Assembly: GCA_023424215.1 (NCBI GenBank)
Contig: JAFAEC010000152.1
Span: 1-54,004 of the forward strand
Direction of reading: 5' to 3'
DNA length: 54,004 nucleotides
DNA from: Pseudomonadota bacterium
GTDB lineage: Bacteria; Pseudomonadota; Alphaproteobacteria; Caulobacterales; Caulobacteraceae
The notes under the pieces were generated by a model. The model searched no databases and had not been told where the DNA came from. It worked only from the letters and a program-made list of their open reading frames with translations. The position numbers were made by a program, and so were the translations under genes. Numbering within the stretch: position 1 is the first letter of the stretch; every line of letters starts with the position of its first letter. Below are positions 31,010-39,731 of this stretch, in pieces.

Positions 31010-32685
31010 GCCGCCGGTCGCCGCCGCTGCACGATGCGGAAGCGCGAGGCCACGAAAGCCAGGTCCGCCAGGCAGGCGTTGCCTGCGGGGTTGAGCCCGG
31101 TGACGTGGTAGTCGCTGTAGGCCGCCGCGAAGTTGATCCACATCGCGCCGGTCAGGTTGATGGTCAGGTTGGCGCCCGCCTGCTCGTAGAGCGGCGTGGA
31201 CCGGTCGATGAAGGCTTCGTCCGTCGAATAGAGATAGGACGAGATGGAGCCGTGCTCGCGCGCCAGCCGCGTCGCCTCGGCCACCGCCGCGTCCGGTTCC
31301 ATCGCCACCACGAACAGCACCGGCCCGAAATGCTCTTCGGCGTAGAGCTCGGGGGCGGCGCCGTCGACCGCGACGACCAGCGGGGTCAGGGTGCGGGCGT
31401 TGGGGAACTGCGGATGGCTGTAGGGCGCGGCCTCGCGCAGCACCCGGGCGTGCGGCTGCTGTTCGACCGAGCCACGCACCGAGGAGACGGCGCGCAGGCT
31501 GACCGCCCCTTGGATGGCGCCCATGATCCCGGCCGCCTGGGCGGGGTCGTCGGCGATGGCGTCGATCTGGTCGACCAGCGCCCGGCCGAACTCGGCGGCC
31601 AGCTCCGGACGGACGTAGATCACCTGCGGGCTGGTGCACATCTGCGCCGAGAACAGGCAGGAGGCGCGGGCCACGGCGCGGGCGACCGGGTCGAGGTCCT
31701 CGACCGACTCGACCACGACGGTGTTCACCCCGGCCGTCTCGGTGAACAGCAGCTTGCCGGTCACCGTCCGCTCCAGATGGCCGCCGTAGCGGGGGCTGCC
31801 GGTGAAGTCGACGATTTGCACGGCCGGATGGTCCACCAGCTTCTGCGCCACCGGGTCGTCCAGCGTGTCCACCGCCAGGGTCACCAGGTTGGGATCGAAG
31901 CCGTGCGCGACCAGCACCCGCCGGCACTCGCGCACCACGATGGCCATCGGCAGGACGGCGATGGGGTGCGGCTTGACGATCACCGGATTGCCGGTCGCCA
32001 GGCTGGCGAACATGGCCGGATAGGCGTTCCAGGTCGGGAAGCTGGCGCAGCAGATGACCAAGCCGATTCCGCGCGGCACGAGCGCATAGGTCTTGTCCAA
32101 CGCGACGCGTTCGCCGCCGAACTCCCGCTCGTAGTGGCCCGACCTCGCGACCTCGCGCATCGCCTTGACCGCATAGGCCAGCGCCTCGAGGCCCCGGTCC
32201 AGCGCATTGGGCCCGGAACCGCTGAAGGCCTGGGTGTAGCTCTGGCCGGCGACGTGCATGACGGCCTGCGCCATCTCGAAATTCACGTCGTACAGCCGCA
32301 TCGCCATCTCGGCGCAGAGCGCCGCGCGGAGCTCGGGGTCGGCCGCCGCCCAGTCAGGCAGGGCCGCCTGCGCCGCGGAAACCAGGGCCTCGGGGTCGCA
32401 GACGGGGTAGGTGACGCCGAGCGGCTCCAGCGTATAGGGCGACACCTCGACGCCGGCCCGGCCGACGATCCCCGGAAGGTCCAGCTCGAACGGCCGTCCC
32501 AGCTGGGCCTCGAAGGCGGCCTTGCCGGCGGCGGGCTTGTCCGGCCCGTGGATCTTCGTCGACGGGGAGTCGCGGAAGGGGGACCATGCGCGGCGGGTCC
32601 GGATCGCATCCAGGGCCGACCCGATCAGTTCGGCGTGGCGGGCGACCACCTGTTCGCGGGCGAGGCCGGGCTGGGCGTCGTCCAT
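31006..32685 (-). CDS. paaN: PaaN-like aldehyde dehydrogenase
   Basis: FPTWNAYP, VKPHP, DFTGS, ETAGVN, QMCTSPQ, EEHFGP, AYSDYH.TG.NPAGNA typical of PaaN. Confidence 0.85.
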   Translation of the reverse strand: MDDAQPGLAREQVVARHAELIGSALDAIRTRRAWSPFRDSPSTKIHGPDKPAAGKAAFEAQLGRPFELDLPGIVGRAGVEVSPYTLEPLGVTYPVCDPEALVSAAQAALPDWAAADPELRAALCAEMAMRLYDVNFEMAQAVMHVAGQSYTQAFSGSGPNALDRGLEALAYAVKAMREVARSGHYEREFGGERVALDKTYALVPRGIGLVICCASFPTWNAYPAMFASLATGNPVIVKPHPIAVLPMAIVVRECRRVLVAHGFDPNLVTLAVDTLDDPVAQKLVDHPAVQIVDFTGSPRYGGHLERTVTGKLLFTETAGVNTVVVESVEDLDPVARAVARASCLFSAQMCTSPQVIYVRPELAAEFGRALVDQIDAIADDPAQAAGIMGAIQGAVSLRAVSSVRGSVEQQPHARVLREAAPYSHPQFPNARTLTPLVVAVDGAAPELYAEEHFGPVLFVVAMEPDAAVAEATRLAREHGSISSYLYSTDEAFIDRSTPLYEQAGANLTINLTGAMWINFAAAYSDYHVTGLNPAGNACLADLAFVASRFRIVQRRRPAA

Positions 32686-33836
32686 CAGGCCGCTCCGGAC
32701 AGGCGTTCCACGACCATGGCGGAGCCGACGCCCTGGGCGCCGGCGGCGACCACCAGGCCGTAACGACCCTCGCAGGCGTCCAGCGCGTCCAGCAGGGACG
32801 ACAGCAGGATCGCGCCGGTCGCGCCCATCGGATGGCCCTTGGCCAGATGGCCGCCGCCGACGTTCACCTTCTCGGGGCCGACCTCGCGGTCCCGCAGGAA
32901 GGCCACGATGGTGACGGCGAAGGCCTCCATGAATTCGATGCGGTCCATCTCCGCCAGCGTCAGGCCGGCGCGGTCCAGCACCCGGTCCATCGCCGCCGTC
33001 CCGGCGGTCAGCGAGGCGGCCGGGTCGCCGCCGACCTCCACATGGGCGACGATCCGCGCCCGGGCTCCGGCCCGGTCCGCGCTGACGAGGGCGAGCCCGG
33101 CCCCGTCGGACATCGGCGGGGCATGGGCGACGGTGTGGCGGTGGTCGATCCTCCGTCCTTCGAGCGCGTCGGCGTAAGGCTCCGCCATCTCGGCGAAGGC
33201 CGGGGCCAGGCGCTGCAGCTTCTCCAGCGTGGCCGGTCGCGCGCATTCCTCGGCGTCCAGACCGTTCAGCGCGATTCGCGAGGCCATCAGCGGTCCGCCC
33301 TCGGCCGCGGCGGTGCGCGTCTGGGAGACAAGCGCCGCCCGATCCATCTCCTCGCGGGTCACGCCGATATCCTCCGCCAGCCGGTCGGCGGCGACGGCCA
33401 CCGGCACGTATCGGGCGCGGGCCGGGAAATCCGGGTCGGTGTAGTAGGCGGCGCGGTCGGCCATGAAGGGCACGCGCGACATCATCTCGACGCCGCCGGC
33501 GAGGACCGAACGGGCGCCGCCTGCGGCTGCCATGTCAGCCGCCTGGCCGATCGCGGTCAGGCCGGAGACGCAGTAGTTGTTGATCGTCCAGGCGGCCGTC
33601 TCGTCAGGAAGCCCGGCGTGCAGCTTCGACACGAGGGCGATATTGCCGCCCTGGGCTCCCGTCTGCCCGACGCAGCCGAGGATCAGCGCCTCGGCCGAGC
33701 GCACGTCGTGGCCGCGCGCCTGCAGGCCGTCGATCAGTCCGCCGATCAGCTCCTGCGGCTTCAGGGCGGCCAGGCCGCCATCGGGGCGCGCCTTGGCGCG
33801 CGGCGTGCGAACGGCGTCGTGGATATAGGCGGCCAT
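32685..33836 (-). CDS. Thiolase family acyltransferase lacking the C-terminal catalytic Cys
   Basis: DAVRTP, NNYCVSG, GGVEMMSR, MEAFA, GHPMGATG; VVAAGAQG where CxGxG is expected. Confidence 0.88.
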   Translation of the reverse strand: MAAYIHDAVRTPRAKARPDGGLAALKPQELIGGLIDGLQARGHDVRSAEALILGCVGQTGAQGGNIALVSKLHAGLPDETAAWTINNYCVSGLTAIGQAADMAAAGGARSVLAGGVEMMSRVPFMADRAAYYTDPDFPARARYVPVAVAADRLAEDIGVTREEMDRAALVSQTRTAAAEGGPLMASRIALNGLDAEECARPATLEKLQRLAPAFAEMAEPYADALEGRRIDHRHTVAHAPPMSDGAGLALVSADRAGARARIVAHVEVGGDPAASLTAGTAAMDRVLDRAGLTLAEMDRIEFMEAFAVTIVAFLRDREVGPEKVNVGGGHLAKGHPMGATGAILLSSLLDALDACEGRYGLVVAAGAQGVGSAMVVERLSGAA

Positions 33837-33839
33837 GGC

Positions 33840-35309
33840 TCAGGCGCCTGCGAGCTGGTCGCCGCGCGCCCAGGTCCCGTGGAAACCGGCCGGAACCCGC
33901 GCCGGGAGCAGAACCCGCGCCACCGGGCCCGCCGCCATGTCGCGGGCGTCGATCACCTGCACCTCGGACTTCCCCGTCCCGGCGTCCGTGACGAAGGCGA
34001 TGACGTAACCGTCGTCCTCCGAGGTCGCGCCGATGCGCGGCGCGAAGGCGGGTTCCGAGCCGAACTGCGAGGGGGCGTAGTCCCAGGTGGTCGCGGCCCC
34101 CGTCTCGAGATCGTACTTGATCAGCCCCTTGAAGCGCTGCAGCTCGGTGGGGGCCATGGCCACATGGTAGGACCACTTCGTGCGCCGTCCCGTGTAGTCG
34201 AGGTTGATCACGGGGAACTCGCCGATACGGTCGTCGAGCTGGCGTTTGCGGACCTCGCCCGTGCGCATGTTCATGCGCCATTCGACCGGCACCGCGTGCA
34301 GCGCCAGCACGTTCACCATCGCCGCGTAGGGGCCGTACTCCGGGTTCGGCGGGAAGCCGTTCGGCGTCATCATGCAGGCGGTCATGACCACCTCGTCGCC
34401 GTCCTCCCACGCATTGACGACGTGGTAGATGTAGCAGCTGTCCGTCTCGAACCAGCGGATCTGGTCGCCTGAGCCGTTGCGCGGGATCACGCCGAAGCGG
34501 GCCGGCTGGTCGGCGAAATGGATGTTCCAGGTGCTGCGCCGCAGACCGCCTTCGGTGAACACCACCGGCAGGTCGTGCAGGATGACGTAATTCTCGGTCA
34601 GGCCCATGTCGTGCGGCAGGCGCGGTCCCGGCAGGTCGACACGGGCGAAATGGGTCAGCTCGTTGGTCGGGCTGACCACCCCGAAGCTCATCCATGGCTC
34701 GTACAGCGAATAGTCGAAGAAGACGAACTCGCCGGTCTTCGGATCGACCTTGGAGTGGGCCGAGACGTGGCGGGGCAGCTTGCCACCGAAGGTCTCGCCG
34801 CCGATCGTCTCCAGGGTCCGCGGATCGACCCGGACGGGCTGGCCCGAGATGTACCACAGCGCCATCAGCGAGCCGTTGTGCAGCACCACGTCGGTGTTGG
34901 CCGTGTCCTTGTAGACTCGCTCTCCGCGTGTGGAAGCCGGGTTCGCGCGTGTGGACGGCTCCATGACGCCGCCGGCGCCGCATCCCCCCTTCAGGTCCGC
35001 GAGGTGATCCGCGGAGCGGACATAGCGGTTGCGGTACTGCGCCCTGCCGTTCTCGAACCAGACCGCGTGCAGCATGCCGTCGCCGTCGAACCAGTGGTGC
35101 AGGCCCTGCGGCGCCTGCGCCGGATTGGGGCCGTTGCGATAGAAGGCGCCATGCAGGTCGGTCGGAATCTCGCCGATCACCGGCAGGTCCTCGAAGGTGG
35201 TTTCGCGGGCGACCGGCTCGTAGACGCCCTGCACGTAGGGATTGAGTGCGTTCAGGGGGCTCAGCGCACCCGTCTCGATGCGGCGGGCGAGGGCGGCGTC
35301 ATCGGCCAT
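33840..35309 (-). CDS. Carotenoid cleavage oxygenase family dioxygenase (CCO-2)
   Basis: RNGPNP, HWFDGDGMLH; His ligands SAHSKVD, LPHDM, IYHVVNAWE, GFHGTW; GGAGG RBS before ATG 35309. Confidence 0.95.
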   Translation of the reverse strand: MADDAALARRIETGALSPLNALNPYVQGVYEPVARETTFEDLPVIGEIPTDLHGAFYRNGPNPAQAPQGLHHWFDGDGMLHAVWFENGRAQYRNRYVRSADHLADLKGGCGAGGVMEPSTRANPASTRGERVYKDTANTDVVLHNGSLMALWYISGQPVRVDPRTLETIGGETFGGKLPRHVSAHSKVDPKTGEFVFFDYSLYEPWMSFGVVSPTNELTHFARVDLPGPRLPHDMGLTENYVILHDLPVVFTEGGLRRSTWNIHFADQPARFGVIPRNGSGDQIRWFETDSCYIYHVVNAWEDGDEVVMTACMMTPNGFPPNPEYGPYAAMVNVLALHAVPVEWRMNMRTGEVRKRQLDDRIGEFPVINLDYTGRRTKWSYHVAMAPTELQRFKGLIKYDLETGAATTWDYAPSQFGSEPAFAPRIGATSEDDGYVIAFVTDAGTGKSEVQVIDARDMAAGPVARVLLPARVPAGFHGTWARGDQLAGA

Positions 35310-35326
35310 AGGGGTCCTCCCGGAGA

Positions 35327-35369
35327 CTTGCGAAGACAGACCATCGGACAAACGGTCCTCTTACGCAAG
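35327..35369. promoter_or_regulatory. Two copies of CTTGC-N6-RGACC operator
   Basis: 35327-35342(+) CTTGCGAAGACAGACC; 35354-35369(-) CTTGCGTAAGAGGACC. Confidence 0.7.
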
Positions 35370-35440
35370 TCGCATTTCCGCCAGGTTGCGAGGTGACGGC
35401 TGCACAAATCAGCGTATGCAGACGGCGAGGATCGCCCGGC

Positions 35441-36376
35441 ATGAGCCAGACAGACATCCGCGCCCTGATCATGGGCAACCCGGTCGCGCGGGCGTTCGCC
35501 ATCACCGGCGACGCGTGGACCCAGTTGATCTTGCGCGAAGCCTTCTACGGCGTTCGCCGTTTCAGCGTCTGGCGCGAGCGCCTCGGCGCGCCTCGCAGCG
35601 TCCTTGCCGACCGCCTGCAGCGGCTGACCGCAGCGGGCCTTCTCGAGATGGAGCCGGTCGTCGAGGGCGGCGCCCGCATGGCCTACCGGCTGACGCCCAT
35701 GGGGCTGGACATGTTCGGCGTGGCGCTGATGCAGGGGCAGTGGGAGCGCAAATGGGCGCGCTCGCCCCTGCAGGACCGGTACGCGCTGAAGTTTTTCGAC
35801 CGGACCACGGGGGCCCAGGTCATCCCGATCGTGCTGGGGCGCGAGCACGGCCGCCCCTTCACCACCTCGGAAGTGCAGTGGAAGGTCCTCCGACCGATGC
35901 ACCCGATCGCGCCGCCGACCTCGCGTCGGCGCCGCTCGCAGCCGCTTGAGACGGACCGGCCGATCATAGACCGCTCGACCGAGATCATGGGCGATTACTG
36001 GAGCTGGGCCGTCGTCTCCGCGGCCTACTTCCGCCTGCGCCGGTTCGACGAGATTCACGCCGCCCTGGGGGTGGCGACCAACATCCTGGCGGACCGTCTG
36101 TCACGACTGGTCCTGCACGGCATCCTCGCGCGCGTGCCCTATCAGGATGCGCCGGTGCGCTACGAGTACCGTCTGACCGAGGCGGGACGCGACATGTATC
36201 CGATCGTGCTGGCCATGCACGGCTGGAGCGAGCGGTGGCTGTATCCCGGCGAGGAGCCGCACATGCGGCTGGTCGATCGCGAGACCGGCGAGTTCCTGAC
36301 TCCGGTCGTCTGCGACCTGAACACGGGCAAGCGGCTCGACGCCCGCGCCATCCGCTGGGAGATGGACAAGGCCTGA
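35441..36376 (+). CDS. Transcriptional regulator with two tandem HxlR winged-HTH domains
   Basis: GDAWTQLILREAFYGVRRF...LADRLQRL...YRLT and GDYWSW...RRFDEI...LADRLSRL...YRLTEAG. Confidence 0.92.
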   Translation: MSQTDIRALIMGNPVARAFAITGDAWTQLILREAFYGVRRFSVWRERLGAPRSVLADRLQRLTAAGLLEMEPVVEGGARMAYRLTPMGLDMFGVALMQGQWERKWARSPLQDRYALKFFDRTTGAQVIPIVLGREHGRPFTTSEVQWKVLRPMHPIAPPTSRRRRSQPLETDRPIIDRSTEIMGDYWSWAVVSAAYFRLRRFDEIHAALGVATNILADRLSRLVLHGILARVPYQDAPVRYEYRLTEAGRDMYPIVLAMHGWSERWLYPGEEPHMRLVDRETGEFLTPVVCDLNTGKRLDARAIRWEMDKA

Positions 36377-36381
36377 GCGAC

Positions 36382-36416
36382 AAGAAAAAGGCCGCCCCCG
36401 CGATGCGAGGGCGGCC
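36382..36416 (-). terminator. Rho-independent terminator of the TonB receptor gene
   Basis: Minus strand GGCCGCCCTCGCATCGCGGGGGCGGCC hairpin followed by TTTTTCTT. Confidence 0.8.
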
Positions 36417-36439
36417 AGTCGATCAGGAGACGCTTGCGC

Positions 36440-38650
36440 TCAGAAGCTGCGGGTCAGGGCCACGCCGAAGCTGCGCGGCGGTGCGAAGACGCTGAAGCCG
36501 ATGCCCACGTTCTTGATGACGTGGACCGGATAGACCTCGTCCGTCAGGTTCTTGCCGTAGATCGCCACCTTGTAGCCGTCGCCCGACTCCCACGAGGCGA
36601 AGGCGCCAAGCAGCCCGTAGGACGGCACCAGCACCTCGGCGTTGTTGGAGGGGTCGAAGTAGAAGTCGTCGGTCCACTGGTAGTCCACGCGCGCCGCCAG
36701 CGTGCCGCCCCACGCGTCCCATTCGCCGTCGGCGTAGAGCGTGAACTGGCTCTCCGGCGAGCGCGGCAGGACGTGGCCGTTGTAGGGCAGGAGGCCGACG
36801 CCGGAGGTCGCGTCCGACGTGTAGTGGGCGTCGAGGCTGGTATACGATCCGCCGATGGTGACGTTGCTGGTCACCGCCAGCGCCGTCTCGATCTCGAAGC
36901 CGTCGACCTCGGCCTGGGCGTTGGACGTCACCAGGTTCAGGCCGGACAGTTCGTAGACCTGCAGGTCGGTGTAATCGAGGCGGAAGGCGGCCGCGTTGAA
37001 CCGCAGACGACCGTCCAGCAGGGTGGTCTTGGCGCCGATCTCGTAGTTGTCGAGCAGCTCGGAGTTCAGCGGACGAACGGCCTGGGCCGCGGTCTGCGCG
37101 CCCGACACATAGGCTCCGGCCTTGTAGCCGCGATCATAGCTTACGTAGAACCGCACGTCCTCGACCGGCGTGACCGACAGGGCGAGGCGCCAGGTCGGCT
37201 CTTCGAACGAGGTCTCCGCCCGCACGTCGTAAGGCGAGCCCACCGGTCCCAGGGGAATGCCGGGCGGCGGGCTGGCGCCGCCGTCATTGTCGATGGCGAC
37301 CTGATGGATCTCGCGGTCGTCCTGGCTCCAGCGGGCGCCGACGGTCAGTTCCCAGATGTCGGCGAAGGGGATGTTGGCCTGGCCGAAGACGGCGTAGCTG
37401 GTGTTGACTGCTTCCTGGATGAAGGTGGTGTCGCCGCCGAAGTTGGGCGGAGCGATCGGCAGCCCCGTGTTGACGATGAAGCGCTCGCTCCGGTCCACCG
37501 TCTCGCGGAAATAGTAGAGGCCCGCCACCCAGTCGATGGCCGAGTCCGACGGCGACAGGAAGCGGAACTCCTGGCTGAATTGATCCGCCTGCTCGCTGGC
37601 CTGGTCGTCCACGCGCAGGGGGAACGCCGGGTAGGGCAGGCCGCCGAGGTTGTCGCGCCACTCGTAATCATTGTCGCGATAGGAGGTCAGGGACACGAAG
37701 CTGAACCGGTCCGCCTGCCATTCCGCGCGCCCCGTCATGCCCCAGTTGGTGCGGTTCTGGTAGGTGAGGGCGCTGTCGGTGGTCTCCCTCGGCCCGAGCC
37801 CGGATCTCAGGGCGTCGATCAGCGCGACGAAGGGCGCGGGCGTGCTGGACGCGGTGACCGGAATGCGGGCCTGACCATCCATATCCTCCTTGCTGCCGTC
37901 GACGGCCCCGAGGAAGGTCCAGTTTCCGGCCTGGTGCAGGATCTGTCCGCGAGCGCCGTAGGACGTCCCGCCGTGCAGGTCCTCGCCGGTCGGCACATTC
38001 TCTGCGTAGCCGCTGTTGGTGTTGTAACGGAAGGCGAGGCGCCCGGCGGTGTCCTCGCCGATCGGCCCGTTGACTACGCCCTCGACGCCATATTCGTCGA
38101 AGCTGCCGATGCGCCCGGTGATCTGACCCGAAGGGGTCATGTCGGGGCGGTTGGTGTAGACGTTCATCGCGCCGCCGGAGGCGTTGCGGCCATACAGGGT
38201 GCCCTGGGGTCCGCGCAGGACCTCGACCCGCTGGACATCCATGAAGGCGAGGGCGCTGGCGCCCGCCCGGCCGATCGAGACCTCGTCGATCGAGACGCCG
38301 ATCGACGGGTCGCTGGCCGCGGAATCGCTGGTGGTGCCGACACCGCGGACGAAGATCTGCGGCTCGCCGACATTGAACTGGGTCATGGTGACGCCGGGCG
38401 CCTTGCCGGCGATGTCCTCCAGACCGTTGGCCGCGGTTCGTTCCAGCACTTCTTCACTGAAAGCGGTGACGGCGATCGGCACGTCCTGAAGGCGCTGCTC
38501 GCGGCGCTGCGCGGTGACGACGATCTCGTCCAGCATAGTCTCCTGCTGCTGGGCCTCCTGCGCCAGCGCCGGCGTCGCCAGACCTGTGGCGATGACGAGC
38601 GCCACAACCGACGCACCCTGCAAGGCTGATCCACCCCGATACCTGACCAT
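36440..38650 (-). CDS. TonB-dependent receptor
   Basis: Signal peptide, DEIVVTAQRR TonB box, RVEVLRGPQGTLYGRNASGG, C-terminal Phe; RBS before ATG 38650. Confidence 0.95.
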   Translation of the reverse strand: MVRYRGGSALQGASVVALVIATGLATPALAQEAQQQETMLDEIVVTAQRREQRLQDVPIAVTAFSEEVLERTAANGLEDIAGKAPGVTMTQFNVGEPQIFVRGVGTTSDSAASDPSIGVSIDEVSIGRAGASALAFMDVQRVEVLRGPQGTLYGRNASGGAMNVYTNRPDMTPSGQITGRIGSFDEYGVEGVVNGPIGEDTAGRLAFRYNTNSGYAENVPTGEDLHGGTSYGARGQILHQAGNWTFLGAVDGSKEDMDGQARIPVTASSTPAPFVALIDALRSGLGPRETTDSALTYQNRTNWGMTGRAEWQADRFSFVSLTSYRDNDYEWRDNLGGLPYPAFPLRVDDQASEQADQFSQEFRFLSPSDSAIDWVAGLYYFRETVDRSERFIVNTGLPIAPPNFGGDTTFIQEAVNTSYAVFGQANIPFADIWELTVGARWSQDDREIHQVAIDNDGGASPPPGIPLGPVGSPYDVRAETSFEEPTWRLALSVTPVEDVRFYVSYDRGYKAGAYVSGAQTAAQAVRPLNSELLDNYEIGAKTTLLDGRLRFNAAAFRLDYTDLQVYELSGLNLVTSNAQAEVDGFEIETALAVTSNVTIGGSYTSLDAHYTSDATSGVGLLPYNGHVLPRSPESQFTLYADGEWDAWGGTLAARVDYQWTDDFYFDPSNNAEVLVPSYGLLGAFASWESGDGYKVAIYGKNLTDEVYPVHVIKNVGIGFSVFAPPRSFGVALTRSF

Positions 38651-38694
38651 GGTTCCCTCCGACTGATCCATTTTTGGACTCTGCGTGAAGGCAG

Positions 38695-38721
38695 CTTGCG
38701 CTAGCGGACCAAGTTTGCAAG
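38695..38721. promoter_or_regulatory. Overlapping inverted pair of CTTGC-N6-GGWCC sites
   Basis: CTTGC GCTAGC GGACC AAGTTT GCAAG: 38695-38710(+) and 38706-38721(-) share the central GGACC. Confidence 0.7.
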
Positions 38722-38768
38722 TCTTTTTATGAAAGTGACGTCCAGCCCTCCTCGGGAGCCGCGATCCC

Positions 38769-39731
38769 TTGATAATGGCCGCAACAATCTGGGCGGGAGT
38801 GACGGCCCTGTGGTGGGGGCTCATGCCCCCCGACCTCCGCGGCAAGGCCTGGCATCGGGTGCTGCCCTTGCTCCCGCTGGCGGTCATCGGCCTCGCCCTG
38901 GTCCTGCCGGCCTCCGTCCTCCGCGACAGCCTGACATTGTATGTTCTGTCAGCGGCGGGACTCCTGCCGGTGCTGCTGGTCGCCTGGGTCTGGGGAACCG
39001 CGAGCCGCAATCACGGCGTGATGGATATCTGCTACCCAGCGATCCCGGTCGCGGTGGCTGCTGTGATCCTGGCGGTCGATCCCCGGCCGATGGACGGGGC
39101 GACGGGGCTGTTGCTCGTCCTGCTGGCGGTGTGGTCAGGGCGGCTGATCGTCCAGACCTGGGGTCACAACATCGGCGCCGAACGGCAGCCCTATGCCCAC
39201 TGGCGCAGCCGGTTCGGCCGGCGCTGGGCGTGGTGGAGCCTGTTCCAGATCCATCTGCTGCAGGGCGTGGTGGTCTGGCTCTGGTGCGCGCCGCTGGTTT
39301 TCGCCCTGACCGCGCCAGCCCCGATTCCGTGGCCGCTGGCCGGCGCCGGGATGCTCGTCTGGCTGGCCGGCTTCCTGCTCCAGTGGACCGCCGATCGCCA
39401 GCTGGCGCGTTTCAAGGCGGACCTCGGGAACCGCGGTCGCCTGCTCGACACCGGCGTGTGGAGCTGGGTCCGCCATCCCAACTACCTGGGCGAAACGATC
39501 ATGTGGGCGGCCTGGTTCGTCTTCGCCCTGGCCCACCCGTGGGGCGCCCTGACCGTGCTCGCGCCGCTCTTCACCGGCTGGTTCATGGGCTACGCCTCGG
39601 CCGCGCCGTTCAAGGAAATGCACATGGCCCGCACGCGGGGAGAGGCGTGGGCGGCCTATTGCGCCCGCACGCCGCGCTTCCTGCCGTGGCCCCGTCCCAT
39701 CCCGAGCAAACGGGACCAGGAGTTCACATGA
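38769..39731 (+). CDS. DUF1295 (steroid 5-alpha-reductase-like) membrane protein; start uncertain
   Basis: ADRQLARFK, GVWSWVRHPNYLGE, AYCARTPRFLPWP. Confidence 0.85.
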   Translation: MIMAATIWAGVTALWWGLMPPDLRGKAWHRVLPLLPLAVIGLALVLPASVLRDSLTLYVLSAAGLLPVLLVAWVWGTASRNHGVMDICYPAIPVAVAAVILAVDPRPMDGATGLLLVLLAVWSGRLIVQTWGHNIGAERQPYAHWRSRFGRRWAWWSLFQIHLLQGVVVWLWCAPLVFALTAPAPIPWPLAGAGMLVWLAGFLLQWTADRQLARFKADLGNRGRLLDTGVWSWVRHPNYLGETIMWAAWFVFALAHPWGALTVLAPLFTGWFMGYASAAPFKEMHMARTRGEAWAAYCARTPRFLPWPRPIPSKRDQEFT

